Shown here: piece by piece, positions 22,868 through 34,288 of the stretch
Position numbering within the stretch: position 1 is the first letter of the stretch
How the letters are laid out: each line of letters begins with the position of its first letter
Assembly (NCBI GenBank): GCA_963809485.1
Contig: CAWEJX010000008.1
Span: 224,001-288,000 of the forward strand
Direction of reading: 5' to 3'
DNA from: an uncultured Acidobacteriota bacterium
GTDB lineage: Bacteria; Acidobacteriota; UBA6911
Length of the DNA stretch: 64,000 nt
Program-made: the position numbers and the translations under genes
Notes under the pieces: model-generated
What the model saw: the letters and a program-made list of their open reading frames with translations, nothing else
The model's database searches: none
What the model was told of the DNA's origin: nothing

Positions 22868-24584
22868 TTACAGTTTTTGAGGATCGGGCGGGGCCTCAGG
22901 TTCGGTGTAAAACTCGTGGTCCGGCAGTTTGTCTTCTTCACGCCACTTGCGCACCTTCATTGCAGCCTCGTCAGCCTTCCCGGAATCGAGCGGCTCATCT
23001 CTGGTAACGTAAGTGGTTTGGGACGGGAAAGCGATGCTCGTTCCGCTCTTAGCTATTATGTCCATAATCCGAAACAGAAGGTCTTCCTGGACTGCGAGGA
23101 ACTCGGGCACTCCGGCCGCCTTGATATAGGCGAAGATTTCAAGATCCAGAGAAGAGCTGCTCAACCCGACGAACCGGATCCTGGCATCATCCGGATCCAC
23201 CTTCGAATGCCCGCGGAGCATTGTGCGAACCTCGCCAAGCACATATCGCAGCTGGTCCGCCGAGGTTTCATATCGGAGCCCGATCATGTGACGGAACCAG
23301 AATTTATCCCGCATGGAATAGTTCTCGATATTCATTACGGCCAATTGACCATTCGGGATTGCGACAACCGTACGCGAGGGCGTACGGATGCGCGTGGACC
23401 GAATGCCGATGTCCTCAACGGTTCCCAGTTGATCCCCAATCCTGCAGAAGTCGCCCACGCGTATGGGTTCGTCGGAGATGATCATCATGCCGCCGAACAG
23501 GTTCTCGAGCGTCTTTTGGGCCCCCAATGCAACCGCAATACCTCCGACGCCGAGCCCGGTCAGGACTGCGGTCAGGTTTGCGCCCGCGCTATGCAAAAGA
23601 AGGAGGCCTGCCATTACGACTACGGCTGCCTTCAGCAGCCGGCCTAAAAGAGCCCACATTGCGATCTTGCCCTGCATCTGCCGCATCACCAGGTGCCTTG
23701 CGTGCAACGCCGACAGGATTCCTATAAGCTTGATCGCCAGCCATGCCGTACCGACCAGGGCTACCGTGCCGCCCGCGTTTCTCCAGAATTGGCGCATATA
23801 GAGCGTCGCGGACAGGTTTGAAAAAAGAAAAATGACAACGGAGATGAGCACCACACGTATCGGGGCTTTTATGGATGCAAGCCCGCGTTCATCTTCCTCC
23901 CCCGTCAGGCGTCGAAGCGCACGGCGAAGCAACGGGGAAAGCGCACGTGTAACCATCGAGCCGATGGCAATAGCAATGACGAGCGCCAGTACAAAGGCGA
24001 TCCAGCGATAGAGGGGAATCGAAAACAGCTTTGTCTGCACCAGCGACTGTGGAATATGTTTCTCAATCGCCCAATGTGTTGGTCTCTTCGGCCGCTCCGG
24101 GGATGAGGGCCAATGTTTCAGACGCAAACAGCCATATTGCGCCCTGCCCTTCACGTTCCACCCGATCCAGGAGGATATCCAGTTTGCCGGAACTTGTGTC
24201 GATGGTCCCGACCCGTTCCTGCGCATTTTCAAGTCCGTCTGCAAGTTCTCCCTCGGGTTTTCTGCTGAGCCTGGCAAGATCAACCTTCAAATGCCAATCC
24301 AGGACGGTCTGGAGCTGTTGCGCGAGTTTCTGCGCCTGCTCGCCTTTCTTTCGTGTGTGCAGGTATTGCGCGGCCTGAACGTAGTCGCCGAGTTCGGCGG
24401 ATCGGACGAAACCCTTCACCGCGCCGTAGGGCGTGGACCGGCCCAGGAGATCCTCGCCCGCCTTCTGCTTGGAGGCATCGGGCTGGATCCCAAGTGTCTT
24501 TGAAAGCTGTGCAGGGACAGGCCGGACCAGAATCGCGCTCATAACAATTATGAACACCGGCGCGAAAATCCATAACCGTTTCAT
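22868..24584 (-). CDS. mscS: MscS-family mechanosensitive channel with periplasmic N-domain, one frameshift near 24080
   Basis: GLGVGGIAVALGAQKTLENLFGG..PIRVGDFC..GTVEDIGIRSTRIRT, IAFPSQT; N-terminal part (LGRSTPYGAVKGF) in ORF 24063-24632. Confidence 0.88.
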
Positions 24585-24773
24585 ATCTGCCTCATTTATT
24601 GTTTTTATAAGCTTACTGCAATGTCTTGCCAATTCGTCCGTGTTCCTCAGCGCTTTTGTCAGCGTAGGTCAGCGTTGCTGATTTGCTGGAGCTATTACGC
24701 TTCATCAATCCCGCATAATGTGCTCCGGCATATTTGCCCTCTCTGCACCGATCTGAATCTTCTGCATTGGCCC

Positions 24774-25541
24774 CTATTTTGCCTGCTCTTTAAAGAATCG
24801 ACGTTGGTCACTTTCAAAATGATAGAGTTTCGCTACCTCGATTCGCTTGGCCAGGAAGCTGCAGCATAGGATACCAGCCAACATACCCAGTAGTGGACCC
24901 GCCCAATAGATCCACCATCCTTGCCACTGCCCCGAGATTACGGCCGGACCGAAGCTGCGGGCCGGATTTGTGCTTGTCCCTGAAATAGACGCCTCCAAAG
25001 GCACCATGACGGCATAAAGGACTGGCATCATCAGGGGCGTGAACGGACGAATTACTCTGAAACCAAGAAAAAGACACAAGGTGACTATCAACGCCATCGT
25101 TGTGACAGCCTCGCCCATCAGCACCGTAACTGTGCCGTAGCCCTGGCCGGGCAGCGTGGCACCGAACGCAACACTCCTTCCCATGGAGCCCCAGATCATC
25201 AGCGGCAGGCAGCCGATAAACGCTCCTGCCAGTTGCACTATGATATAGGCCAGAGTGGTACGCAAGTTAAGCTTGCCCATAAGACGGAATGCGAGAGTGA
25301 CGGCCGGATTAATATGAGCACCGCTGACTTTGCCGATAGGGGATATGGCAATCGACGCCCCGATACATCCAAACAGGAAACCGGTGATCATCTGCCTGAC
25401 TTTAATATTCGGGATGATTTGGGCTGCAAGGCTGCCCTCGCCAAACATAATTATTACCAGCGAAAGCCCAAAAAACAGCAGGAGCGCTGTGCCGACAAAC
25501 TCAGCCAGATATTCTCGCCAATGCAAGGTCCAGTTCGTCAT
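24774..25541 (-). CDS. Aquaporin / MIP family channel
   Basis: AEFVGT, SGAHINPAVT and STNPARSFGPA (two NPA motifs). Confidence 0.93.
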   Translation of the reverse strand: MTNWTLHWREYLAEFVGTALLLFFGLSLVIIMFGEGSLAAQIIPNIKVRQMITGFLFGCIGASIAISPIGKVSGAHINPAVTLAFRLMGKLNLRTTLAYIIVQLAGAFIGCLPLMIWGSMGRSVAFGATLPGQGYGTVTVLMGEAVTTMALIVTLCLFLGFRVIRPFTPLMMPVLYAVMVPLEASISGTSTNPARSFGPAVISGQWQGWWIYWAGPLLGMLAGILCCSFLAKRIEVAKLYHFESDQRRFFKEQAK

Positions 25542-25726
25542 ATATGTCACCCGGTTGACGGTCCAGTGAACGACGGAACCAGCAATCATCCGTCTATTTT
25601 GAATTTTTTCAGCAGGTGAAAATCGGCTGCCGGCCGCATTCACAGGGGTTTCCTTCCCGCGCCCTTTGTCCGCCGTTGTGGACTTTCACCTGCCTTATAT
25701 TATCCGATCATTTCCAGGGCGACGAA

Positions 25727-25742
25727 CTGTAACTTATGACAG
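25727..25742. promoter_or_regulatory. CTGTMA-N4-TKACAG operator
   Basis: CTGTAACTTATGACAG between the divergent aquaporin and OMP genes. Confidence 0.75.
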
Positions 25743-25916
25743 TAGCTTTATGACCCTGCCAGGATTTATCAAGATGCCGTGGCAAGCGGAGATATCGGCA
25801 GCGCATGATGCGCCCTGAATTGCACTCATTGGAGCGTCAATCGGCTGGTGATGCAAACGAAGCCCGGGCGCGATCAGCAGTGAAACGAGCCGGATGCAAT
25901 AGGAACAGTCTCGCGA

Positions 25917-25966
25917 ATACGGATCTCCATGGATTTCGAACCGTGAAAATCCGTGCAAATCTGTGT
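25917..25966. repeat. CACGGAT/ATCCGTG periodic hairpin
   Basis: ATACGGATCTCCATGGAT..CCGTGAAAATCCGTGCAAATCTGTG. Confidence 0.55.
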
Positions 25967-25995
25967 CCTGAAAATCGATACTAAAGCGGAATTCC

Positions 25996-26667
25996 ATGAA
26001 AAAAGTCTGGACACATCTTTTCCTGTTGATGTTGGTGGGGAGCTCCGCGGTTCTGGCGGAGGATTTCAAACGATTCGAATTCCAGCCTTTTGGCGGATAC
26101 ACCGTCAGCGGAAGCATCCCTCTGATGGGCGATGACGATGTTCAGCACGGATCCATCCATGTGAATAGTTCGTATAATGCCGGCGCAGCCTTTGCCATCA
26201 ATCTCAATGCGCTGGATGCGGTGGAATTGTTCTGGCAAAGACAATTTACGGAAGGCCGGCTGCCGGCGGAAATAATTGTCCCTGTTTCATCGGGAGACCC
26301 CGCCGCGTTCAATCTGAAAATCGACCAGTATCACTGCAATTTCCTGCATCACTATGAAATTTCCGTTCCCAATGCGCTGCCTTATGTCATGGCGGGCGTG
26401 GGGATAACCACCTACTATGCCCATCGCAGCGTGCAGAGCGGTTCAAGGTCATATTTCTCTTTTTCCCTGGGAGGGGGGATAAAATACTTTGTCACCCGCC
26501 ATATCGGATTTCGCGGCGAAGCCCGCTGGAGCCCGACGCTGGTGTCGGCCTCGGACAGCAGCTTTTGGTGCAGTATCGGCGGTGCGGGCGGCGCCTGCGT
26601 GATTCATCTGAAAACCGCTATGCAGGACCAACTGGATGTGACGGGAGGCATTATATTTCGGTTCTAG
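25996..26667 (+). CDS. Small outer-membrane beta-barrel protein
   Basis: Signal peptide, FEFQPFGGY, PYVMAGVG, LGGGIKYF, C-terminal GGIIFRF. Confidence 0.82.
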   Translation: MKKVWTHLFLLMLVGSSAVLAEDFKRFEFQPFGGYTVSGSIPLMGDDDVQHGSIHVNSSYNAGAAFAINLNALDAVELFWQRQFTEGRLPAEIIVPVSSGDPAAFNLKIDQYHCNFLHHYEISVPNALPYVMAGVGITTYYAHRSVQSGSRSYFSFSLGGGIKYFVTRHIGFRGEARWSPTLVSASDSSFWCSIGGAGGACVIHLKTAMQDQLDVTGGIIFRF

Positions 26668-26751
26668 CGGGTCCAACGTGTCGTCCACGCCGTAACGGCC
26701 GCGCAATTGCGGTGACAGGTGTCTCCCGGTCCACATCGACAATGGAGAGGC

Positions 26752-26767
26752 CTGTAAATCTTGACAG
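26752..26767. promoter_or_regulatory. CTGTMA-N4-TKACAG operator
   Basis: CTGTAAATCTTGACAG upstream of the Omp85/kinase-like pair. Confidence 0.75.
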
Positions 26768-27009
26768 TACGCAGTTTCACACCTAACCACTAGGATATGG
26801 AATTGATTTGTGATAGGTTTGGAGCTACTCCTTTAGCCATAAATGGAAAATGGTGATTGAGTTTTAGTAAAAGCAGCAAAATTATGCCAGAAGGCTTTGG
26901 AGCCTGCGTGCCACAGCCTGAAGCATCGATCAAACGCAGGACGGCAGTCGGGCGTCAGCGCCGACAAAATCATCCGGTGCGAAGCGATCCAAGGCGGAGC
27001 AAATTACCT

Positions 27010-28230
27010 ATGAAACTATTTAGACCGATATGGATGGCACTTGCCATGATTGGAGCCGTGCATGTTCTCCTGTGGACTCCGGTGGGGAGGGCTCAGGAGA
27101 GTCGCGCGAATTCCATAGCAAAACAGCAGGAAGACAAATCCAAGCAACTCCAGCCCGAGGTGCAGGATCGGGTCGAGCTGTTCATAAAAAAGTTGACGGA
27201 GGGTGGGTGGTTCTTCAGCGCGACTCCTCGGGGCTTATACCCGTATTTCGACAGCGTCTACTCGGGCGGCGGCTTCACCCTGGGCGCGGGTTACCGGAAA
27301 TATGTCGGGGATTACGCGTTCACGGAGGCGCGCGGCTTATACTCCTTCAAAAACTACAAGAGGATCGAGTTGCGGGCAGTATCGCCGAATCATGCGGCGG
27401 GGCTTCTCGACCTTGAAGCCACAGGCGGATGGATGGATGCCACGCAGATTCCTTACTACGGGCTGGGAATCGATTCGAGCAAAGACGCCGCGTCCAACTT
27501 CCGATTGCAGCAGACTTACATGAAAGGGGGGGTCACCCTGAAGCCGGCCCAGTGGTTTCACTTCCGGGCGACGACGGGCTATGACAAGTATTCGGAGAAG
27601 GAAGGCACGGGCGAATCTCCCACTGTTGGGGATCTTTACGGGCCCGCGACGGCGCCTGCCTTTAACGCCGATCCTTCGTACGTTCACACGGAAGCATCCG
27701 CATCCATTGTAACGGCGCCAGCAGAAGGGTATGCGCGCCGAGGCGGCGTTTACCGGTTCACATTGCACGATTACAGGAATGTGGCGGGGGAGCTTGATAG
27801 CTTCCAGGTGACGCGCGCAGAGGCGGTGCAGCACATCCCGATTCTGCGGGAAACATGGGTTCTCTCGTTTCGTGGCCGGCTGGAATCGGCGCATGGGCCT
27901 TACGAGGACATGCCTTATTACTTGTTGCCGTGGATTGGCAGCGGATCGACCCTGCGCGGCTATGGCACGGGCCGGTTTCGCGACAAGCACAGCCTGCTGA
28001 TGTCGGGTGAATGGAGGTGGATCCCGAACCGCTTCGCGGTGGACATGGCTCTGTTCTGCGATGCGGGAATGGTTGCTCCCCGTTTCAAGGACCTTCACTT
28101 CAGCGATCTGAAATACGACTACGGCGTCGGCATTCGATTTCACGGCCCGGCCATGACTCCGTTGAGATTCGACATTGCACACGGCGACGAGGGATTTCAC
28201 TTCGTTATCTCTTCCTCAGCCCCTTTCTAA
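27010..28230 (+). CDS. Omp85 (BamA/TamA-superfamily) barrel without POTRA domains
   Basis: Signal peptide, GSGSTLRGYGTGRFRD, YGVGIRF, LRFDIAHG, C-terminal Phe. Confidence 0.82.
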   Translation: MKLFRPIWMALAMIGAVHVLLWTPVGRAQESRANSIAKQQEDKSKQLQPEVQDRVELFIKKLTEGGWFFSATPRGLYPYFDSVYSGGGFTLGAGYRKYVGDYAFTEARGLYSFKNYKRIELRAVSPNHAAGLLDLEATGGWMDATQIPYYGLGIDSSKDAASNFRLQQTYMKGGVTLKPAQWFHFRATTGYDKYSEKEGTGESPTVGDLYGPATAPAFNADPSYVHTEASASIVTAPAEGYARRGGVYRFTLHDYRNVAGELDSFQVTRAEAVQHIPILRETWVLSFRGRLESAHGPYEDMPYYLLPWIGSGSTLRGYGTGRFRDKHSLLMSGEWRWIPNRFAVDMALFCDAGMVAPRFKDLHFSDLKYDYGVGIRFHGPAMTPLRFDIAHGDEGFHFVISSSAPF

Positions 28231-28251
28231 GGACAACCGGGAGATCTATAT

Positions 28252-29928
28252 ATGAATACTCAAACATTTATGAAACATGGAAGGCTGACACAGGCTGCAG
28301 CAATTATGCTGCTTGTGCTTGCCTCGCTGGCGAGCCCGGTTGGTGCGCAGCAGCCTAAATTCTACGATGATGACCCGATCGCGACGGAACCCAACATGTT
28401 CGACGCCTCCGGCGCTCTGGATCGCGACATTGACCTCATGTACGATCTGGCCAGGAACCTTTTTGCGGTGCCGCGAAATCCCACCCTGGTTCGGGCCAAG
28501 AACATCAATTCCATCGACGAAGTGCCCGATTCCGAATGGTTCACCAACCGTATCCTGGCCAGGCCGGTGAGTATTGATGAAGCGGTGAAAGGTCCCGACA
28601 CCAGCCAGGGCCCGGCGCCTGGTAAATTGATTGTTACACGTGCCAAGCGCTCCGGTGTAACCCCGGGATTCACGGTTAAAGACAGCGCCGGCGAGACATG
28701 GTTTATTCAGTTCGATGCTCCAGGACAGTCGGAGGCCGCAAGCGGCGCAACCGTCGTCGCTACAAAGCTATTTCATGCCCTGGGCTACTTCCAATCGGAA
28801 AACTACATCGGCTATCTCGATCCGTCCAACCTGGAAATCGACGCGAAGGCCAAGGTCGATACGCCCTCGGGGCGAGTGCGGGCCATGAAGATGGATGACA
28901 TTAGCAAGGTCCTCTCTCGAGCGGATAAACGGCCGGATGGCACGTACCGCATGCTTGCCAGCCGCAGCATTCCTGGCAGGATTATAGGCGGGTTCAAGTA
29001 TGCAGGGACGCGGAAGGACGATCCCAACGACATCGTGCCGCATGAGCACAGGCGCGAGTTGCGCGCTCTCAAGGTGTTTGGGGCGTGGACGAACCTTGTG
29101 GATATGAAGGCCGGCAATACTCTGGATACGGTGCTGACGCAAAACGGGCGCGGCATTATCCGGCATTATCTGCAGGACGTCGGTTCCACGTTTGGTACCG
29201 GTGCCCTCGCTCCTCGCGAATGGGACGAGGGGTATGAGTATATCTCTGAAAGTGACAAGGCAATAAAGCGCCTCTATACTTTAGGCTTCTATCTCCAGCC
29301 CTGGCAGACCATCCCATACACGGAATACAAGTCCATTGGCCGCTTCGAGGGTGACTACTTCAAGCCGGAGGAGTGGAAGTCGCGCATACCTACGGCAGCC
29401 GCGCTCAACGCGCGCGCGGACGATAATTTCTGGGCTGCCCGCCGTGTGATGGCATTCACCGACGAAATGATCCGGGCTATTGTCAAGACGGGCCAATACA
29501 GCGATCCCGCTGCCGAGAAACACCTGGCGGATGTCCTGATAAAGCGTCGTGACAAAATTGGACAAGCCTACCTGCCGGCCGTGAATCCTCTGGTGAATTT
29601 CCGGCTGGATGAATCGGGTGTTCTGACGTTCGAAAATGCCGCTGTAAGCGCCGGATTTGTGACCGCCCCGCGCGGAGGATACGAAGCACGCTGGTACCGT
29701 TTCGATAACAATACGGGTGCGACCACTCCCATCAGCTCGACCACGGCGCCGCAAGGTTTAAAAATGCAGGCTCCTGCCGCTCTTCCCTCGGGCAACACCG
29801 AGTTCGTCAAGGTTGAAGTGGCCGCAATAGATCCACCCAACAGCTCATGGACTGTTCCCGTGCAAGCTTATTTCCGTAGGCTCGCAGCCGGGTGGAAACT
29901 TGTCGGCCTGCAGCGCCTGCCGGATTAG
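28252..29928 (+). CDS. Exported hypothetical protein with protein-kinase-like (HipA/PI3K/CotH-like) motifs
   Basis: Signal peptide; SGVTPGF Gly loop; WTNLVDMKAGNT (DxKxxN); YLQDVGSTFG (DFG-like). ORF is certain, the fold is inferred. Confidence 0.65.
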   Translation: MNTQTFMKHGRLTQAAAIMLLVLASLASPVGAQQPKFYDDDPIATEPNMFDASGALDRDIDLMYDLARNLFAVPRNPTLVRAKNINSIDEVPDSEWFTNRILARPVSIDEAVKGPDTSQGPAPGKLIVTRAKRSGVTPGFTVKDSAGETWFIQFDAPGQSEAASGATVVATKLFHALGYFQSENYIGYLDPSNLEIDAKAKVDTPSGRVRAMKMDDISKVLSRADKRPDGTYRMLASRSIPGRIIGGFKYAGTRKDDPNDIVPHEHRRELRALKVFGAWTNLVDMKAGNTLDTVLTQNGRGIIRHYLQDVGSTFGTGALAPREWDEGYEYISESDKAIKRLYTLGFYLQPWQTIPYTEYKSIGRFEGDYFKPEEWKSRIPTAAALNARADDNFWAARRVMAFTDEMIRAIVKTGQYSDPAAEKHLADVLIKRRDKIGQAYLPAVNPLVNFRLDESGVLTFENAAVSAGFVTAPRGGYEARWYRFDNNTGATTPISSTTAPQGLKMQAPAALPSGNTEFVKVEVAAIDPPNSSWTVPVQAYFRRLAAGWKLVGLQRLPD

Positions 29929-29933
29929 GATTC

Positions 29934-29980
29934 GGAAACACGGACCTTCATGGAGACAAATCCGTGAAGGTCCGTGTTCC
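29934..29980 (+). terminator. Stem-loop immediately after the kinase-like gene (CACGGA repeat family)
   Basis: AACACGGACCTTCATGGA / TCCGTGAAGGTCCGTGTT 18-bp stem with one G-U pair; T-run about 7 nt downstream. Confidence 0.55.
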
Positions 29981-30300
29981 ATCTCAGTTTTTGGCCTGAG
30001 CCAATCGACCCAAAATCCTTTGAAAAGCTGTAATGTATGATATTCATGCCGCGCTTCGCGGCGTCCAGGTTCGTTTCAGCGATTAGGCAGGGCGGCTATG
30101 CCGGCGTGCCTCGCCGGAAAAATCTGCATTAATCTGCGCTTTTTTCTCTTTGCCATTTCCCAAAAACCTTCGCTTCCCTATAAGTCTTAACGAGTTCCGA
30201 AGGTCCCGCACAGCAGTTTGCGGATTACAGCAGGGACCGGATCTGCTATATTTGCGACCACCCGGGCTTTTTAAGGGCATGAACTTTGGGAGGAAAACCG

Positions 30301-31827
30301 ATGAAGCGGCATGCAGCATTACCGGCCTTTCTAGTCACATCTCTGCTTCTGTTGGCAGCAGCCTGCACGAAAGATTCCACAGAACCGGCCGCCACGCCCC
30401 AAAAGGCAGAGAAACCGCCGGCCGCGGTCCCGAGCGAAACCCCGAGCGGGACGGAGGAAAGCGGCGCTGCGCTGCAAAGGCTAACTGCGCGCGAGCGTAT
30501 CCTCAACAAGTGGACGGGCGACCTGGACGGAATGATCCAGCGGCGCATCATTCGCGTCCTTACAACCTACTCTAAGACGCAATACTTTGTCGACCAGGGC
30601 ACCCAGCGCGGACTCGTCTTCGATACCGCCACCCAGTTCGAGGAAAACCTGAACAAAAAGCTCAAACAAAAGAACATCCGGGTGCACGTAATGATGCTTC
30701 CGGTCTCGCACGATGACCTCATTCCGGCATTGCTCGAAGGGCGGGGGGACATCGTGGCGGCCGGCACGATGATCACGGACCCGCGCAAGGAAAAGGTCGA
30801 CTTCACCAATCCGACCAGAACCGGTGTTTCGGCTATTGTCGTCACCGCACCCGATGCTCCCCCCGTTGCCAAAGTGGAAGACCTCGCGGGCAGGGAGGTG
30901 TACCTCCAGCTGTCCATGGTCTCCTCTCAGGGAATCAAACGCTTCAACGACCAGCTCGCCGGTAAAGGCCTGGCGCCCGTTAAGATCAAACCTGCACCCG
31001 AAGTTCTTGCCGAAGAGGACATTCTCGAGATGGTCAACGCCGGCCTCGTCAAAACAACCATCGCGTTCGACTACATCGCCGAGTTCTGGCAGCAGATATT
31101 CCCGAAGCTTGTCCTAAACAAGGGTGCAGCCGTCAAAACGGACGGCCAGATCGCCATGATGATTCGAAAGAACAGCCCTAAGCTCAAAACCGAATTGAAC
31201 GAGTTTATCGCCCTTTTCCCCGAAGGCTCCGCCCAACGCAACATGCTGCTTCAAAGGTATCTGAAGAGTGTCAAGTACGCGAAGGCCGCAACAGCCCGAA
31301 CGGAGGCAGCCAAGCTTGAGCGCACTCTCGCTTTCTTCCGCAAATACGGTGACAAATATGCCCTCGATTACCTGTTGATGATGGCACAGGGATACCAGGA
31401 ATCGCAGCTCGACCAGAATGCAAAGAGCCACGTAGGGGCGATCGGCGTGATGCAGGTTATGCCCGAAACCGGAAATGAATTGAAGGTCGGAGACATTACG
31501 AAACTTGAACCCAATATCCATGCCGGAGTAAAGTACATCCGCTTCATGATGGACAAGTATTATGCGAACGAGCCCATGGATCGTCTTAACAAGGGATTGT
31601 TCACCTTCGCATCCTACAATGCGGGCCCGGCGCGAATCAGCAAGCTGCGCACACAGGCGGCTGAACGCGGCTTCGATCCCAACAAATGGTTCAACAATGT
31701 GGAAGTCCTGGCAGCGGAATCCATCGGGCGCGAGACGGTGCAATACGTCGCCAGCATATATAAATACTATCTAGCCTACCAGATGTACGCGGAAGAGCAG
31801 GAACGCCGGCTTAAGGCGAAGCAGTAA
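30301..31827 (+). CDS. mltF: MltF-like lytic transglycosylase (substrate-binding + SLT domains), lipoprotein
   Basis: LAAAC lipobox, WTGDLDGMIQRRIIRVL, GYQESQL, GAIGVMQVMP, ASYNAGP, GRETVQYV. Confidence 0.88.
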   Translation: MKRHAALPAFLVTSLLLLAAACTKDSTEPAATPQKAEKPPAAVPSETPSGTEESGAALQRLTARERILNKWTGDLDGMIQRRIIRVLTTYSKTQYFVDQGTQRGLVFDTATQFEENLNKKLKQKNIRVHVMMLPVSHDDLIPALLEGRGDIVAAGTMITDPRKEKVDFTNPTRTGVSAIVVTAPDAPPVAKVEDLAGREVYLQLSMVSSQGIKRFNDQLAGKGLAPVKIKPAPEVLAEEDILEMVNAGLVKTTIAFDYIAEFWQQIFPKLVLNKGAAVKTDGQIAMMIRKNSPKLKTELNEFIALFPEGSAQRNMLLQRYLKSVKYAKAATARTEAAKLERTLAFFRKYGDKYALDYLLMMAQGYQESQLDQNAKSHVGAIGVMQVMPETGNELKVGDITKLEPNIHAGVKYIRFMMDKYYANEPMDRLNKGLFTFASYNAGPARISKLRTQAAERGFDPNKWFNNVEVLAAESIGRETVQYVASIYKYYLAYQMYAEEQERRLKAKQ

Positions 31828-31898
31828 AGATTATCGTTCGTCCGTGCCTTTTTCAGCGTATGGATGGGTTCGTTGGCCGGAGGAATGCAATCTCCGCC

Positions 31899-32869
31899 CT
31901 AATCTTCGGTGCGGGTCCAGGTCTTGTCGGGATTGTATCTCTCGATCTGCTTGGCGATGTTGACAGAATCCGGACCCAGGTCCTTCTGGTAGACGATGCC
32001 GTTGTGACTGACGATGAATGTCTGTATGCCCGTCACTCCGTATTCGGCGGGCACGGCGATGAGCGCGAACCCGCCAATCATCATTCCTTTGATAATGTAG
32101 TCAAGTTCACCCATGGGCGCCGCGGAGCCCTGGCCCTTCAGAAGCCGGAAATAGTAGCCGCTGTAGGCCGATCCCGGACTCAGCGAGTAGCCTTCCTCGA
32201 TCGCTTTCGCTACACTCTTTGCTGATCGGACCGCCCGGCGTGCCGTCGGCATTCTCCCAATACAAACCATCCTGCTTGCCGGGAGCGCTGATGAGCTTTT
32301 GCGCATACTGATTAATTCCGGAATTGTCATGAATTGTCGATGCATATTCCAGTTCCGCTTCCACGAATCCACGGCATACCTCGATCGCATTCAGCTCGTT
32401 GGCCCCAATGCGCCGGTAGAGTATCTCGTCATGGCCGGCCTTGGAGTCGAAGTACCATTTGCCCTCCCGCTTGACAATCGGAATTGGCATCGGCCAATCC
32501 AGCTTTCCTACCGAGAGAATTTAGCGGTTCTTGTCCGAAGGATCTTTTGCAGGGACTGCTTTTCGCGAGCCGCTCTCCGCGAATGCCGTTGCGTTGTTCT
32601 TATCCAGAACAGGATCTTCCGTGCTCACCAGGCTCTTGCCATCGGGCCCGAGAATTTCCAGCAGCGCAGGCAAATCATAGCTCTCCGCCGCTTTAATCAG
32701 CGCTTCGGCTGCTTCCTTCGGCTTGGCAAATCCCTTCTGCGCAACCGCTGCCGGTTCGCTTGACTGCTGCGGCTGCGCCTGACAGGATTGCCGGAAGACA
32801 GAACAGCGCAGCCATGAGTACGGCAAGAACAAGTTTATTTTCTATATGGATCGATGATTTTGATTTCAT
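31899..32869 (-). CDS. DUF2950 protein, several frameshifts
   Basis: PIPIVKREGKWYFDSKAGHDEILYRRIGANEL, GKQDGLYW, GYYFRLLKGQG, GGFALIAVPAEYGVTGIQTFIV and YQKDLG in four fragments. Confidence 0.85.
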
Positions 32870-32894
32870 ATCTTTTCCCTCAGTCATGGCTCAC

Positions 32895-34239
32895 TTACCT
32901 CCGTCCACCGCCGCCGCCGCGGCCCCCTCCACCGCCTCCGCAGCTTCGGCACCGCCTCCGAAGCTGGAAGAGCCTCTGCTGCTGCTGGATCGAGCGGAAC
33001 TTCCGCTGGTGCGATTCGAGGCGCCGCCGAATGCGCTGCTGCTTCGGCTGCTGGAAGAGGGAGAGACACTCCGATTTCCGACGCGGTCTCCTCCTGAACT
33101 GCCGACGGCTTCTATCCATGGAGCCGGCGCTGGCTCCACTCCGGCTGCCGCCATAGTTTCCTGAGCCGCGATCCATCGTGCCGGACTGATACCCTGCCCC
33201 CCTGTTGGCCGATGCTCTGGCGTGCACTTGCCTGGCGCGTTGCGACTGGAATCACCGCGGGCGGAGCCACCATATTTATTTGCCGTGGCGCGATCCGAGT
33301 AAGGCGCAGCACCGCGATGTTGCGAATTGTGCTGCCACTTGCTATTGCCGCTGCCCACGTTCGTCCTGTTGCCGCTGCCGCTGTTGATGGTATTATCGCC
33401 CCTGTTGATATTGGTGTTCCGGTTGAAATCATTGTTGATATCTATGTCGATATCATTGTGGCCCCAGCCGCAACCCCAGCCCCAGCCTCCGCCCCAGGCG
33501 GCCCCCATCGCGATGCCGACACCGAAGGAAATCGCCATCCCTGCAGCGTAATAGCCCGCCGGAGGATAATAAATTGGAGGGTACGGGTAAATGGGCGGGC
33601 CATAGACATATACGGGATCGTAGCTGGGAACATAGACGACCTGGGGATTAGCCTGTTCCACCACGATTACGGTTTTGGTTTCTACCACCTTGGTCTCAAC
33701 CTTTTGCTGCTCGGTGGTTTTCAGGTTTCCCTTATCCGCGGCCTTCTTTGCGCATGCGTTGCACCGCATCCATAACATCGGCTTGTTGCGCCAGAAAGGC
33801 ATTGCCCGAGATCGGTAGTCCACCGTATGTCATCCGCCAGCCGCTTGACCACGTCGGGAAGCGCAGCCATGGCCTGGATGCTTGGGTCCCAGTTCTGCTT
33901 CTTGACAGCATCCGCCAGGGCCTGGTCCTTCAAATCCTTATTCTTCGCCAGCCATTGCTGAAGCTGGATGATTTCCAGCGGATAGGTCGAAGCGGCAAGC
34001 ACCTGCGCCAGAAGAGGATCCGGATAAAGCGCGATCGGCGCTACCAGAGAGTCCAACTGGTCTGCAGGAATCTTGACGGCGGTCTCCGGAGCAGGCGTCG
34101 TTGGCGTTGTTTGTGTTGTTGCCTGCTGCGCCGCCCAGGATAGTGAATTCCCGGGAACGAGCAATGCGGCGCATAATAGCGCCACAAGACAGCGGGAAGC
34201 ATGATTCATGAAGCAGAGTCGAACACTTTTGGGATTCAT
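32895..34239 (-). CDS. DUF3300 protein, several frameshifts
   Basis: LDSLVAPIALYPDPLLAQVLAASTYPLEI, WDPSIQAM, VYVPSYDPVYVYG, WQHNSQHR, GGGGGRR tail. Confidence 0.88.
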
Positions 34240-34288
34240 GGTGTACTCCTGTCTAATCGATGATCAATGAACCCGTCCCATCAGGCAA

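Noticed and set aside
22818-30043. Extra operator candidates at 22818-22833 and 30028-30043
   Set aside because: Only one good half-site each; not counted, though a position-weight-matrix scan might recover them.
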